From NCBI RefSeq assembly GCF_009914755.1, contig NC_060934.1: a DNA stretch of 64,000 bases. One strand, 5' to 3'. Under the pieces are notes generated by a model. It made no database searches. It saw only the letters and a list, made by a program, of their open reading frames with translations, and was not told the origin of the DNA. The stretch is from the human T2T-CHM13v2.0 reference genome, Homo sapiens. A program made the position numbers and the translations under genes. This document shows positions 16,749 through 33,833 of this stretch, piece by piece; the stretch's first letter is position 1; each line of letters starts with the position of its first letter.

Positions 16749-16910
16749 GGTTGGGTTCTTTGGCTAGTACTTGTAATCCCAGTGCTTTGGGAGGCCAAGG
16801 TGAATGGATTACTTGAGCCCAGGAGTTCGAGGGTGCAGTGAGCTATGATTGTGTCACTGCTCTCCAGTCTGGGCAACAGAGCACAGCTCTGTCTCTAAAA
16901 AAAAGAAAAG
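16749..16910 (+). mobile_element. Alu monomer (FLAM/FRAM-like)
   Basis: Single Alu arm plus A tail. Confidence 0.75.
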
Positions 16911-16986
16911 AGTATTTGACTCCAGAATTTTAAAAAATAAAGTGCAGTCATAAATATTGTTTTGAAAACTGGTGAAAAAAATTTTA

Positions 16987-17354
<368 letters not shown>

Positions 17355-17852
17355 TTACAAGCAGTTCTTGATGAACATCCTTATAAATACAGGAATGCTA
17401 GTTGTTCTTAAGGATCGTCAAATTACATGCATTATTCATGATATGTTGATTTTCTAGTTAAATTTTCAGAGTGTAGGAGTGCTGTATGATGCTTCCATGT
17501 GTTTTCTATAAAATAAAATTCTTTCATAATTATGTCACTTTATTTTATGTGTCATGTTTAAGCTTTCAATCCTTTGTATATTATTTCATTCTTATACTCA
17601 TTGTAAATTTTCTGAAGTAAGCAAAACAGTTTTCCTCATTTTTCGTTAACTGAAAAGGTGAGGTAACTGAAGCATGTAGAATGATTTACCCAAGGCTGTA
17701 TAGCTAGTGAGAGATAGAGCTGGGGCTCGAACCTGCTTGTTTTCTTGGATCAGTGGTTTCCAACTTGTGAGCAAGACCCCTGGAGGGCCATGAATTAACT
17801 GTAATGGGCCCACAAATCCATGTGTACATCAAAAATTATCTGAAAACAGATA

Positions 17853-17990
17853 ATTTTTATTTTTTTTAGTAGAGATGAAGTCTCACTATATTGCCCAGGC
17901 TGGTCTCCCATGAACCCTTGAGCTCAGGTGATCCTCCTGCCTTGGCCTCCCAAAGCGGTGGAATTTTAGGCGTGAGCCACCAGGTCCAGC
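17853..17990 (-). mobile_element. Alu left monomer / FLAM
   Basis: Reverse left arm only. Confidence 0.75.
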
Positions 17991-18270
17991 TGTCTACAAC
18001 ATTTTTACATGTTGGAAAAAGGAGGCCTCATCCCAACCTTGAAAAGATTAGAAACCAGTGCTTTTGACCTTGGTAAGTTTCATTATATTTGCTCTTAAGT
18101 ATTCTAAAATGGCTTAAAATTCTTGACAAAACCATGGCTCTAAAAATGTAGCTGACATCAGAAAGGGGTCTCGATCCAGACCCCAAGACAGCGTTCTTGG
18201 ATCAAGAAAGAATTCAGGGCAAGTCCATAGAGTAAAGTGAAAGCAAGTTTATTAAGAAAGTAAAGGAATA

Positions 18271-18688
<418 letters not shown>

Positions 18689-19063
18689 TTATTCACGAGT
18701 TTTCCAGGAAAGGGGTAAATATTTCCCAGAACTGAGGGCCCCTCCACTTTTTAGGCTACATAGGGAAACTTCCTGTCATTGCCATGGCATTTGTAAACTG
18801 TCACGGTGGTGGTGAGTGGGAGTGTCTTTTAGCATGCGAATATACTATAATTAGCGTATAATGAGAAGTGAGGACAACCAAAGGTCACTTTCGTCGCCAT
18901 CTTGGATTTGGTGGATTTTGGCTGGCTTCTTGACCATATCCTGTTTTATCAGCAGTATCTTTACGATCTATATCTTGTGAAACCAATCCTGCCCGCCTTC
19001 TGTCTCATCCTGTGACTAAGAATGCCTAATCTGCTGGGAATGCAGCCCAGCAGGTCTCGGCCT

Positions 19064-19375
<312 letters not shown>

Positions 19376-19592
19376 GGTCTCAGCCTTATTTTACCCAGCC
19401 CCTATTCGAGATGGAAGTCACCGTGGTTCAAACACCTCTGGCATAGGTAGCAGCATTTAATAACAAATAAAATTTATTTCGTGATATGTAAATTAGGCTC
19501 CTCTGAAACAATGTCACTGGGTCTTAAAGTTTAGCATTTTCAAAGAAAACAAAAAATAGGTGGGTGTGACTGTGTAAAATATAAAGCATGGG

Positions 19593-19866
<274 letters not shown>

Positions 19867-19899
19867 TTTTAAAAGCAATGAAGAAGATATAAGGCACGA

Positions 19900-20178
19900 G
19901 GTCAGGAGCAGTTTGGGAGGCTGTGGTGGATGGATTGCTTGAGCTCAGGAGTTCCAGACCAGCCTTGGCAACATGGTAAAACCCCTTCTCTACAAAAAAT
20001 TCAAAAATTACCTGGGTGTGGGTGTGGAGTCACATATCTGTGGTCCCAGCTACTCGGGAGGCTGAGGTGGGAAGATTGCTTGAGTCTGGGAGGTCGAGGC
20101 TGTAGTAAGAAGAGATCACTCTATTACACTCCAGCTTGGGTGACAGAGTCAGTCCCTGTCTCAAAAAAAAAAAAAAAA
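19900..20178 (+). mobile_element. AluJ-like, 5'-degraded
   Basis: Alu body plus poly-A. Confidence 0.85.
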
Positions 20179-20524
20179 ATTATAAGGCATGAAAGGCATG
20201 CATATGACTAACTCTTTTTTGGCTGTAATTTGCAGAAGCATCCTGTGCACTGTGGCAAGGTGGGAGAGCCTATCACAAATCACACTGCAGACCAGGGTCT
20301 CCCTGCCTCCCATCTGAAGTACCAGCCATTTACAACTCCACAAACTGAGTACCTAGAACCAGCCTAATGTGGATCCTCCAGGCAGAGCTCTGTTACAGAG
20401 TCTTACTTCAGAGACTAACTGGAAGTGAATAATTTAAAGAATCTTCCCCTAAGTTTTCTTTAAAGACAAAACACTTTTGAATGTTCATAAGCATAGGTTA
20501 TATGGAACTAAGAGTAGCAAGACA

Positions 20525-20755
20525 AAGTCCTAGGGACAGAAAGGAGAATGGTGGTTGCCAGCAGTTGGGGGAAGAGGGGAATAGGGGGAGTTATTGTTTA
20601 ATGGATACAGAGGTTTAATTTTGCGAGATGAAAAAGATTCTGGAGGTGGGTGGTGACAATGGCTGTACAACAATGTGAGTGTACTCAATGCCACAGAACT
20701 GAAACCTTCAAAATGGTTAAAATGGTAAATTGTATGTTATGCATATTTTACCAAA
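20525..20755 (+). mobile_element. Old L1 3' fragment
   Basis: GAATGGTGGTTGCCAG...AAAATGGTTAAAATGGTAAATT. Confidence 0.75.
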
Positions 20756-21132
20756 ATCCAGAATGGAAAAAAAATTGTTATCTGGAGATCAGATTTCAAA
20801 ATAAATTTTTTATTAGGCCTTTTTCTCACAAAATTGAAATAGAATAGAATTATGCTAAGATAGTTCATTATTAGGTATGAATTTGATTCAGAGATCGATA
20901 AAAGATAATATACACAAATCAACCGATATTTCTAATAATTCCTAAATCATGTCATCCTATTTATGGGGACAAGATTCACCAAAACCTGAAGATTTATAAG
21001 ATAAACACTGGTCTGGGCAAATGATAACTCTTAATACTTCAGTATTGACTTGCCGTGTAACTCTTAAGTCAATTGTTCTTTCTGTATGTCAGTTTTCTCA
21101 TATGTGAAACATGAGTATTAAAGCAGATCTGA

Positions 21133-21376
<244 letters not shown>

Positions 21377-21924
21377 TATTCAAGCACAGTATTATTAATA
21401 ATATTTGGGCATTTGAATATAATAGGATTTAAAACATCACCGTTCCTTTGTATTTGACATCTGTCCCAGTTCATCATCATTATCCTCAGGAGCATTTATT
21501 TAGAAGAACTGAATCTGCTTTGTCTTATTCTACATAAGAGTGTTTATATGCATTCAACGGTAGTCTATTAGACAATTCACGATCATAGAAAGGTTAGGAT
21601 ATTCCTCACTTTCCTAGATTTCTCTATTCTAAATCACTTAACCTTAACAATAATTTGGTTAGTCTATGTTGAATACCAAGCTTATGCTGACATCCTTTTT
21701 AGATCAGATAATACAAGAGATATATCAATACGCTCAATTATTATTTTCCTATCACAAAGCACATAGCATAAACTGGATATACTGCTCTGATATTTGTCTC
21801 TGCTCTACTTATTTGGCTAAAGAAGGATTGTTTGATACCTGGTTGTCAGATCAAATTATAATTTAAATCCTTTAGCTATGTTTAGCTCCTTGGCAGTAGG
21901 TGAGTAGAGAACATAGAATTCAGA

Positions 21925-22200
21925 AGCATATGGTTCAGGAACATGGTAACTAGATATGAAGCATTTTACCTCTATGTTACCGGTGTGAATCTGAACTTGA
22001 TTACTATTGGTGCTCTGTACAAGATGTAAGTGATCTGATTTGCATCTCTAATGGAGCACCCCATGTTACAAAACTCATCACCCTTGGCACTAATTAGCAT
22101 TCTTGTTGTCAGCCTCGGGATAGACGCCAAGGACTGAATCAGTCTGGAAACCTGAACTGCTGCTGTGTCTGACTCATCAGTCTAGGTGGCCCATTCAGCC
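21925..22200 (+). mobile_element. LF-SINE (LFSINE_Vert), ancient tRNA-derived SINE
   Basis: Two colinear blocks resemble the remembered LF-SINE consensus: ATGGTTCAGGAACATGGTAACTAGATATGAAGCATTTTACCTCTATGTTACCGGT and CATCACCCTTGGCACTAATTAGCATTCTTGTTGTCAGCCTC...GCCAAGGACTGAAT...CTGAACT. Confidence 0.75.
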
Positions 22201-22334
22201 TTTGGCCTTTCCTTAGAGTTTACAGCTCAGTGCAACTGGGTGTGCTCCACTCTGTGACTTCACAAAGTGAACTAAAAGATGTTTATTTAAAATAAATATA
22301 TTTTTATAATAGTAATGATAATAGTGGTGGTTTA

Positions 22335-22510
22335 CATTTATTGACCACTTGCTAGGAGCCAGGCATTGTTCTAAAAGTATTAACTCACTTAAGTCTCACA
22401 GCATTCCTATGATATTTTCCTCTTTTACAGAGGTGAGAAAACTGAGACACAAAGAGATTAAATAACTTGCCTAATGTTTCTCACATAATAAGTGGCGGAG
22501 TTGGAATACA
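22335..22510 (-). mobile_element. MIR
   Basis: TTTTACAGAGG...GAAAACTGAGACAC...AAATAACTTGCC core. Confidence 0.7.
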
Positions 22511-22724
22511 GCTCTAAATACTAAATTACTCTCTTCCTAATTATAGCATTTATTTGATTTTCTCTTTTATCATCTTACTATATAGCTGATTTAAAAAAAA
22601 AAATCCGTGTCCAAACCAAATGGGGCATATATCAATTTCCAAATTTTAAAATTGTTCATCTTTCAGTACTAGTTTTTAAGTACTATTTGTTTTCAAAAGA
22701 GGTGATGTCCCTTTCTTAAATTTA

Positions 22725-23163
<439 letters not shown>

Positions 23164-23376
23164 TCACTTTCTAAATTAATAGATTTAGAATCTAAATTAA
23201 TTTGAGAGGACAAAATAAAATAAATCTCTATCAAACACTTAATTCCAACACATAGTTCACATGATTGGTGAACAAATGACAAACAGGCAGTCCAGCTACT
23301 TCTTTTTATTAACATAGTAATTAGATTATTTTCACCACTATTCATGCAAAATTGGAAAGCAGGTAAGAAATTTTTT

Positions 23377-23688
<312 letters not shown>

Positions 23689-24250
23689 TTATTTTATGAG
23701 ATTTCCCATAGTAGCCAGGGAAGAAGTTTTTAATACACTAAGTGACCTTTAAAATAAAGTTCACGAAGCAATTACATATGTTTCGATGAACATATAAATT
23801 AATCTGGTTCTCACAGTTTTCTTAAGACTTAGTAAAATAATATTGGTAGTAATTACTGTTTAGAGACATAAAATAATCTATAACCACCTTTTAATGTTTC
23901 TTTTTGTTGCCTTGTATACCCAGTTACTCAAAGCTGTTGTAAGTCTCATTTGGCACACATTTATTGCTCCAGTTTTGCTAATAGATAAAATTTGGGGTGG
24001 CTCCCAAAATAACCCTCATTAGACTAAATTAATAATGTCAACTTGAAAATCTGAGTTTTACTGCTGGCTTACATGGATATGCAGCATGGCCTTTCTAGTG
24101 CTTAACTTTCCTATATACAAAATAATCATAATGAAGACCAATTTCAAGGGCAGGAGTGTTGTTTTGTTGTTGTTGTTGTTTTTATTGGCATGTAATAACA
24201 AATATGTGATTGTAGGTAACTTCAGATGTCTACTTTAAAAATAGTAACTA

Positions 24251-24463
24251 CAGCCTGGCCAACATGGTGACACCCAGTCTCTATTAAAAATACAAAAATT
24301 AGCTGGGCATAGTGCCACGCGCCTGTCATCCCAGCCTCATGTCTCAGGAGGCTAAGACATGAGAATCACTTGAACTTGGGAGGCAGAGGTTGCAGTGAGC
24401 CAAGATCGTGCCACTGCACTCCAGCCTGGGTGACAGAGCAAGACTCTGTCTCAAAAAAAAAAA
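24251..24463 (+). mobile_element. Alu, 5'-truncated at insertion
   Basis: Flanked by TSD AGTAACTA. Confidence 0.9.
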
Positions 24464-24734
24464 AGTAACTAATAATTTGCAGATAGAGATGCACAGAGAG
24501 AATTGCTTATTATGTATTGTTGCTTCAATTCCTTTAAGCTATTTCTTTGACTAGTGAGAGATAGTAAATCACCTGCATTTCCAAGGACTTGGAAACACTT
24601 TGGAGGAAGTCATGAAATCAAGGTAATACCAATATCACCAGATGTCTCCATCTTGTTACTCTGCATCTTCTGTGTTTTTTTCCAAATAGATTCCTGAATG
24701 CATTACTAATGAGTGTGCAGGCCTCTGAAATGTG

Positions 24735-24880
24735 GCGTGGTGTAGCAGACAAGAGCTGGGCTTCGGCGTTGTATGGACCTTAGATGTGAATCACAGCTCT
24801 GAGTGGCTTTGTGCAATTTCTTCTCTGATCTTCAGTTTCCTCCTCTATAAAAAGAGGATAATGATATAGTATACCTTGGA
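24735..24880 (+). mobile_element. MIR
   Basis: CTTCAGTTTCCTCCTCTATAAAA core. Confidence 0.6.
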
Positions 24881-26299
24881 AAATCTTAAAGTATGCTTCC
24901 TAAGTCTTTTTCAGATCCTTGAATTTGCAAAAACCACAGTAGCATATAATTTTTTCAGTTTCATCCTTCACTAAATAGGGATAATGACCTATACTTCCTG
25001 GGTTATTGTAGTAAATTAAATTATGAATTAAATATGAAGAACAAAGCTTGGTTAATGTGGATGCTGGGTTGGGGTGAGCTAGGGTCACTCAGGGAGCTAA
25101 ATAATTCATTCTGGCTTATCTGCCTTTCCAGAAATGAGTCCAGTTTGCAGTCAGTCACAAATAGTTGAAATCATGATTGAAATTAGAAAATATTATGTGT
25201 GTTTTAAGTGTACTGTTTATTTCTGGGCAAACAGGAAACAGTCTGTGGCTTGAGTGGGATCCCCAAAACCAGCGCATGAGAATGAACAGAACTGCCCATC
25301 GGCGATGAGGATTAGGGTCATGAAGCACAAAACTCATTAGAAGCAGCATATGGAAGCAAGAAAGAGCCTGATCTTTACAGGGTGGATAGAAAGCAAGGAC
25401 CTTATGTAAAACAAAGGTTGGGCAAAGGTAGTCAGAAAAAAATAGTAGTAAGCCGGTTTAGAAGGATGTAAAAGTACGAAAACACCTCTTATTAGCACCT
25501 GTGGACGAACCCTTGGGCAAGGTGGTCACTGAAAACAGCACCAAGTCTTTTTCAAAAGCAAGAATTCCCCTATACCAATTATCTCAAGAATTATAAGCAT
25601 CCATTGAGCCAAATGCACATATAGTTCCTCAGTTTGTGACTGGTGCATGGTGAACATACGATCATTTTTAGCTCCTTTCTTCATTTGATTTAATTCTTAA
25701 TAGTATTTTTGTGTTAAAAAAAATCATAACCATTAATGACAATTAAATCAGTTAATGTTGCTGAGAGTCTAGGCCATTTGATCTTTCCTGGCACATGATA
25801 AGTTTTCAGTAAATACATGTTGATTGACTGAATAAGACAGTTTACACATCATTTTTATGGCATGCCACAGATAAATATTTATTATGTGCCTACTTTGTGT
25901 CATGCCTTGAGATTAGAACTGAGTGACCTAAAAAGAAAAATTTTGTATAGCTTCAATTCTCAAAAAGTTGATCTAGTTGAGTAAATAATACATAAATACG
26001 TAAAAAAAGACCTGGTTGAATTCAACAATATAAGAAACACTGCAACAAGCAACAAGTAGTTGTTTAATTACATAAGTGGAAGTGACAGTGAACAAAGGCA
26101 CGAAGTAAAGAGAAGGCAAGGAAATATTGGTGGAACATTTTGGTTGGAGATAAGTAATTGTGTAGAAGAGTGGCAGGTAAGACCAGAACAGTGGTTTGTA
26201 TTTCATAAGATTGGGATGCTCACATTTCTGATTATACCAAAGCTTTTCTTATCCTTGATGAAAATTTGCTCTAGCTGCCTTCATCAGTATGTAATGTCA

Positions 26300-27560
26300 T
26301 CCTTTGGCCTGATGGTATTTTTTAGCTTTATATTCTCTTTTGTCCGATATTAAGATTACTACACCAACTTTCTTTAGGTTCATAGTTGCTTAATATAAGC
26401 TTTCATTCCTTTCATTTTTAACATTTTTTTTCATTTTGTCTTCAATGTGTTTATTTAATATTCTTGTTCTTAACTCCAGGTTGACAGTATCTGTCTTTTA
26501 GTTGGTGGATTTAACCTATTTGTACTTATATTTACTCAATTTTTTAAAACTTACTTCTGATAGCTTATTATATTTTTAATTTACTGAACTTCTCATTTCT
26601 TCCTTTTTGTTTCTGTTCCTGATTTCAATTGTATAGGTCAAGTTTTCTTCTGCTGGTTTAGAAATTGTAAATTTTGTTTTTATACTTGTTATCCTTATCT
26701 TAAGATATAGTCTCATATTTACTTATCCCTATTGACTTCCTTAACTTATTAATATTTGCATTTTTCTCCTAACAGGAAAAGTACTTTATCACATTGTCAT
26801 CTGCCTTTAATTTTTTGATACTGCCCAGAATTTAAATTCTGGGTTCTCTTGAATGATGAATATTACCAAAATATTTGGTTTTCATTAATTCTCTATCTCT
26901 TAAACAGCAATTTTCAGGGATCTATTTCTCTCTCCTTTTTTTTTTTTTTTTTTTTTTTGAGATAGGGTCTCATTTTACTGCAGCCCAGGCTGGAGTGCAG
27001 TGGCACAATCAAAGCTCATTGCAGCCTCCACCTCCCAGGCTCGATCCTCCTGCCTCAGCCTCCCAGGTAGCTGGTACTACAGGCACACACCACCACGCCC
27101 AGCTAATTATTTTTTAAATTTTTTATAGAGGTGGTGTTTCATCATGTTGCCCAGGCTGGTCTCAAACTCCTAGGCTCAAGTCATCCACCGCCTCAGCTTC
27201 CCAAAGTGCTGGGATTATGGCTGTGAGCCACTTCACCTGCTGTGCTTCTCTTATTTTTATTACTTTCTCCCAAAATGTTTTCTCACAAAAAATGAGTCTT
27301 TGTATGGCAAACCATTTGAGACCTATGTGAGAGAGTACTTTTATTATACCTTCAAATTTGAATGACAGTTTGTCTAGAAATAATATTCTAGGTTCAAATT
27401 TCTTTTCCTTCCATTATTTAAAAATATGGCTCTATTGTTTTGCATTCAGTGTTGCTGTTGGGAAATCGAATGGCAGTCTGGGTCTTGTTCCTTTGCAGGT
27501 GAACTGCTCTTTACTTATGGAAGCTCTTGGAATATTTTCTTTGTATTTGATTATATTAAC
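26300..27560 (-). mobile_element. Old L1 fragments interrupted by an Alu
   Basis: T-rich, L1-like antisense tracts. Confidence 0.5.
26936..27240 (-). mobile_element. AluJ-like
   Basis: Reverse Alu. Confidence 0.9.
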
Positions 27561-28463
27561 TTAACTACAATTAAAAAAAAGAAAATTTGCACAATATTGT
27601 CAGGCCAGTGGACTTATAATAGATTTATCCCCAGCTAAATTTATCCCCACTGTGAAAAATTTTTGTGTTTAACTTCTCTGTAACATTATCTGCTTACTTA
27701 TCCCTTTTAGTGACATTATCACCTGCATTTCGAACTGAAGCTCACTGTCTAGCCTAAAAGATGAAGGGAAAGGAGATCTAAGATATTTAATACACATGAT
27801 AATTACATTGAACCATGAATCTTTGTTTGGGCTGTTTTGATTAATTCATTCTTAGTTTGGAATGAAGAGCAATTTGGAGGTGAGCAAAATGGATGAAAAA
27901 GCAAAACAAAAAGATTTTGCAGGTCTTCCTACTGCCTTTATTCACTTGGAAGTTTGCTGACTCTGGAAAATGCCAGACATATAGATTCATATGCAAATAA
28001 AAATGTGAACTTGGATAAGGATATAAGATACAAATTTCTTTTGAATTTTCCATGGTCTGTGTTCTCCAAGCTCTTCCTCTGTACTCTTTCCTCCTTGACA
28101 ACAGTTTCATTCCATTTGGCACTTACTATTTTCCTGACAAATTATATGTAATAAGATGGTAACTTCCCAGAAGTGTGTATTAGCCGTTGCTATTTCAGTC
28201 AACCAATTTTATTGAGTCTTCTTTGTGAAAATAGCCCTAGAGCTTAGTCATATGCTATTTTTCTGTACCCTTCATGTTTCTATTAAATAAACACAAAGTC
28301 AATAAAACTAAAGTGGTATCTTTAACAATCCCATTGCCCATCAATACATATGAAAATCATGATGAATTTCCTCCTTTGAGTGAGTTCTGATTTTTGAACT
28401 AATCTTAAAGATTCTTCTTCATGATAAGACAGTGGAGGGCCATTGAAAAGAGAGTGAGTTCTA

Positions 28464-28819
<356 letters not shown>

Positions 28820-29548
28820 TCACTGGTTGGGTAACTTTGGGAAAACTATGCTTCTTTAAGGCGTAATTTCCTCCCAGTAACATGCAGATAACAACACTTT
28901 GCAGGGTTGCTATGAGAATTAAATGAGAGTAACTTAGACTACTCCCCAGCCTAGAATACACTTGTAAGAAATGTTAGTTCCCATTTCCTTTCCCGCACAT
29001 CATTAACATTAGTGTGATTACCTGGGTCATGAGTAAGAACACTGAACTTTGTTTTCAGTTTTTGGAGATGTCCAAGCAGACCAAAAATAGAATCTGTGTG
29101 GAATCACTCAGATCCTGGCATATTGGCATATTTTGAGCTAACCTTATGAAGAGAGAATATTCAAGCTGTTATTTTCCTACCCCTAACTTGTAAAAACTTT
29201 ATTGACCCATGTTGCTGTGCTCAGAAATAACACCAAAGCATTTAAATTTAGTTTTAAAAGAACAAACCTCTTGTATTATTTCAGCACAATAATTATAACA
29301 AATAGAAATGAAAAAATAGGTCTGTCATAGCATTCTGACTGCTTCCAATGCCCCACTTTTCAGCAATAATGCCTAACTCCAGTCTACATATCAATTCATG
29401 TTCCCAGATAAAACATTGCATGTAGAGTTTATTGCAAGCATTTGCTTTTTTCTTTCTAAATTATCACTTCTTTTTGTTTGCTTAGTCATACAAAATAATG
29501 TCAGGGTCGGTTTCAGTCAGAAAAATTACAAACTTAAACCCTATATAG

Positions 29549-29898
<350 letters not shown>

Positions 29899-29974
29899 AA
29901 TATGTTTTCTATTCATTTTTACCTTGAATTTTTCACAAATATGTTGGAAATATAATCATTTGAATATTTGCAGT

Positions 29975-30200
29975 GGTTATGAGCACAGACTCAGGTTCAA
30001 TTTTGGCTCAGTCACTTACTTGTTGTGTGACCTTGGGCAAGTTTTAAACTTCTTTCTAAGCCTCAAGTTTTCATCTGTAAAATGAGAATTATAACAGTAC
30101 CTACTTCATAGACGTTAAAGGAATCTATTAAATAAAACACACACACAAAGAGCCTAGCATAGTGCCTCGCACATAGCTAAGGAATGTTAACTTATTACTA
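29975..30200 (+). mobile_element. MIR
   Basis: TGTGACCTTGGGCAAG...CCTCAAGTTTTCATCTGTAAAATG. Confidence 0.8.
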
Positions 30201-30939
30201 CCAAGACTATAGTATATTTATGTGTGTTAATATAATCATTATATTAATGTGGTGAGAAGTAGGATTTAACTGTATACCTTGAGGAGTACATACATGGTAA
30301 CAATTGTTCCAGATTTCTTCAGTAACTTAGTCTCAGAGTGCTCTTTTAAAAAGTTCTGAATAGATTTTCTTCTTGGAAATAATACTTTTTGAAAAGTGTA
30401 AACTTTGATATGTACTACATACCAAAAGAACAAGTAAAGGAAGCTTTGTTGTGTTTTAATGCAAACCACACAGTAAAGCTTTAATTTAATCACCTTAAAA
30501 TTAGGGGAACAAACAGGAAGTGTTGTAATAATTGATTGTTTTTTCGTATTTACCTTAATAAATGCCTTGACCATAGTCCCAGTTTGGTACCAGATAAAGA
30601 TATTTATACATGTAATATGCATCCTGTGTATAGATATCTTATGTATTCCATATGCTTTATTCTTGAGAATTTCTTCACTCTTATTTTCATTTAGACTAAG
30701 GAGAAATCAAGAAAGCCTATTTCCTTAGTCATCTTAGTCATTATCCACCCCCACCAGCCCTGCAGGCTAAGAACATCGTGCAGACTGAGTTATTAAAGTT
30801 GATCTGAAAGAGCAATCTGTTCTAAATGACTGTCCCTGGATCTGCAACGGAACCCTGTAAATACCCTTCATTACTCTGGCGGGGCAGTATCACATTTCCT
30901 TCATGGCACTTTTGTGTCTGACACAAGTTAGGCAGTGAG

Positions 30940-30998
30940 ATTTGGACTTTAGATGATCCTGGTTGATTGATATAGGAATGGTGCTTCTCCTGAGACAG
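30940..30998 (+). other. MYPN: Candidate upstream non-coding exon of MYPN
   Basis: Donor CAG|GTAACC at 30998/30999 in unique sequence about 3.5 kb upstream of the main non-coding exon; start uncertain. Confidence 0.4.
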
Positions 30999-32149
30999 GT
31001 AACCACAAATTTACTTCTCAGGATAATGTTTTAAAGTGGGTGTTCTGTTTAGTTTTTAAAAATGTTTTTAGTTTTTAAAACTAAGTGGGTTTTGAACTTT
31101 TAGTTTTTTTTTTTAATGTTTTTAGTTTTCCCAGGCAAGCATTTTCAGTAGTTTAGATGAAAAAGAAATTTCTTAGTGATTTCATTGTCTTTTTCAATTA
31201 TATTGTTGTCATGCCTTTTATATAAGATCTCTTATAATCCACCACCCATCTATTGTTTTGGATAGTCAAGAACTTGTCTTTGCTGTGAAAATTTTTCTCA
31301 TTAAAAATGGCTAAAAAATACATACTTTCTCTGTTTTTCAAAAATACGGCATAGAGGTTTTGTTTAGTTTTTTCATCTGATACTGGATATGTCAAGATGA
31401 ATCTATGAACTTCAAGCAAAACTTATTGAAGCTTTGGTATATGTGAGTAATTTGTTTTAGAGAACTGGAGCCTATAGCGATATAAAAAAATAGCAAATGC
31501 AAACATTTTATATGAATCTACTAGCATGGAAATTCTCCCATGCTTACCGTCCAAGTGAAGACTTCCTCTGCCATAGAACTTCCAGATTCCTTGGCATTCC
31601 TGTGGATCATCCCAATGTGAGTAAATTGTTTCTGTGGCTGACTGACTGAATTAAGAAAACAGCTGAAGGCAAGCACAGGATCGTGTTCAAACCACAAGAA
31701 ACACATGTGTTGGATGAGCCACTCAACTTTATGGGGAAGGCTTAAGACATGTAACCAACCTTGTGTTTGCTTGCCACTTAACAAAGTTTGTTTTTAACTA
31801 TGTTGGGCATTAGAAAGTTTTAAAGATTATTTTTTGTATCAATAAACTCTGATGAAATCTTGAACTAGTAGGTTTGTGATATAATGTTTATACAATTACA
31901 ACTGAAGATAAGCAAGGCAGGAGCTGGGTTATTTGGAAGCAGAAATTAGTTTTTAAAAACTAAAATCTAAAATATGTTTGATGTACTATAACCAGAGTGT
32001 TCACAATTACTAAATATTATTTATTTAAAACATTTATATTCAGCTTTTTTTCAAAGAGCTCAAAAATTGTGTATGGTATCTGTATTTGAAAATGTTGCAG
32101 TAAAAATGAAAAGAGAAAGATGACTGCCATTCAGAATGTCTTTGGCTTC

Positions 32150-32497
<348 letters not shown>

Positions 32498-33512
32498 TAA
32501 ACCTACTTTAATTCTTCATATAGATTCCTAATTTCACTGCCCAACCAGCTTTATTCTACCTTTTAGTATGAGTCTCCTTCAACCTTAGTATTCTATACCT
32601 GGGTGAAAGGTAGAATACCAGGCTTATCATGGCAGTTTGCAGGAAAGTAAAAATGTGTTTACTTATAGTGTGTTTAAACATTGCCTTTACTAGCCACCTG
32701 AAATAGAGGTTCTATTCTCCCATGGGAGAGACCTACCCAAGACCCAGCAGCACTTAACATTGATTACGGCTTAAGATCTGAGTGGGATAGTGGAGGAAGA
32801 TCCTCTTTTTAAATAAAAAGAAATTGTTGGCATATCCACATAAATAGAATATGCAGAAGGACAATTAAGTGGTCTTGACATTAGTATCAGCACAAGATTA
32901 GGTAAGAGAAAAAATAAATCTGTACATTGAAGCTCTGGGTTACTGTGGTAATGAGAATAACCTGTACAGATAATTCATTTCCTCCTGTATCCTCTTCTCT
33001 CCTCAATACCAGTTATTTCAATCTGAATTATTTAAAAGTGTTCTTCATCTTTTTTTGCCTGTGTAAGCATAAAACCACATAAAAAAGGTGTAATTAAACC
33101 TCCAATGTGATCACAATAAGCAAAGAAATTTTATATCTGTTCAATGTACTATCAATAGTCTCACGATGACTGAAGAGGATAAAGATCTCTTCGTAAATTC
33201 CACGAGGTCAGAAATTTTTGTGTATTTTGTGCACTGTTTTATACTCAGTACCTGGTACACAGTAGGCATTACGAAAATAATTATCAAATGAATGAATGAC
33301 TAGGAAGAAACCCTATAAGCAGTTGTATGACTTAATTAAGAAAGCTAGATTTAAACCAATGTGTTTCATGCTATCAGAATCTAAGAATGATCTTTTTAAA
33401 GAATAATAACCATCATTTAAGTCTGAATTTTCAAAGTCCTGTCTTCTACCATGATTGATAATGTTATAGCATCATTTAATCTATACTAAGCAATCAGGTT
33501 AACTTTTTTCAA

Positions 33513-33833
33513 GTTTATTTATTTATTTATTTTTAATTTTATTATTTTTTTTGAGACAGAGTTTCGCTCTGTCCCCCTTGTTGGAATGCAGTAGCGTGAT
33601 CTCGGCTCACCGCAACCTCTACCTCCCCGGTTCAAGTGATTCTCCTGCCGCAGCCTCCTGAGTAGCTGATTTATAGGCATGCGCCACCAAACCTGGCTAA
33701 TTTTTGTATATTTAGTGGAGACGGGGTTTCACCATGTAGGCCAGCCTGGTCTTGAACTCCTGACCTCAGGTGATCTGCCCACATCAGCCTCCCAAAGTGC
33801 TGGGATTACAGGAGTGAGCCACTGCGCCCAGCC
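33513..33833 (-). mobile_element. AluS
   Basis: Reverse Alu with (TTTA)n tail. Confidence 0.93.

Noticed and set aside
21925-22000. tRNA-like sequence
   Set aside because: The degenerate head of the LF-SINE, not an intact tRNA gene
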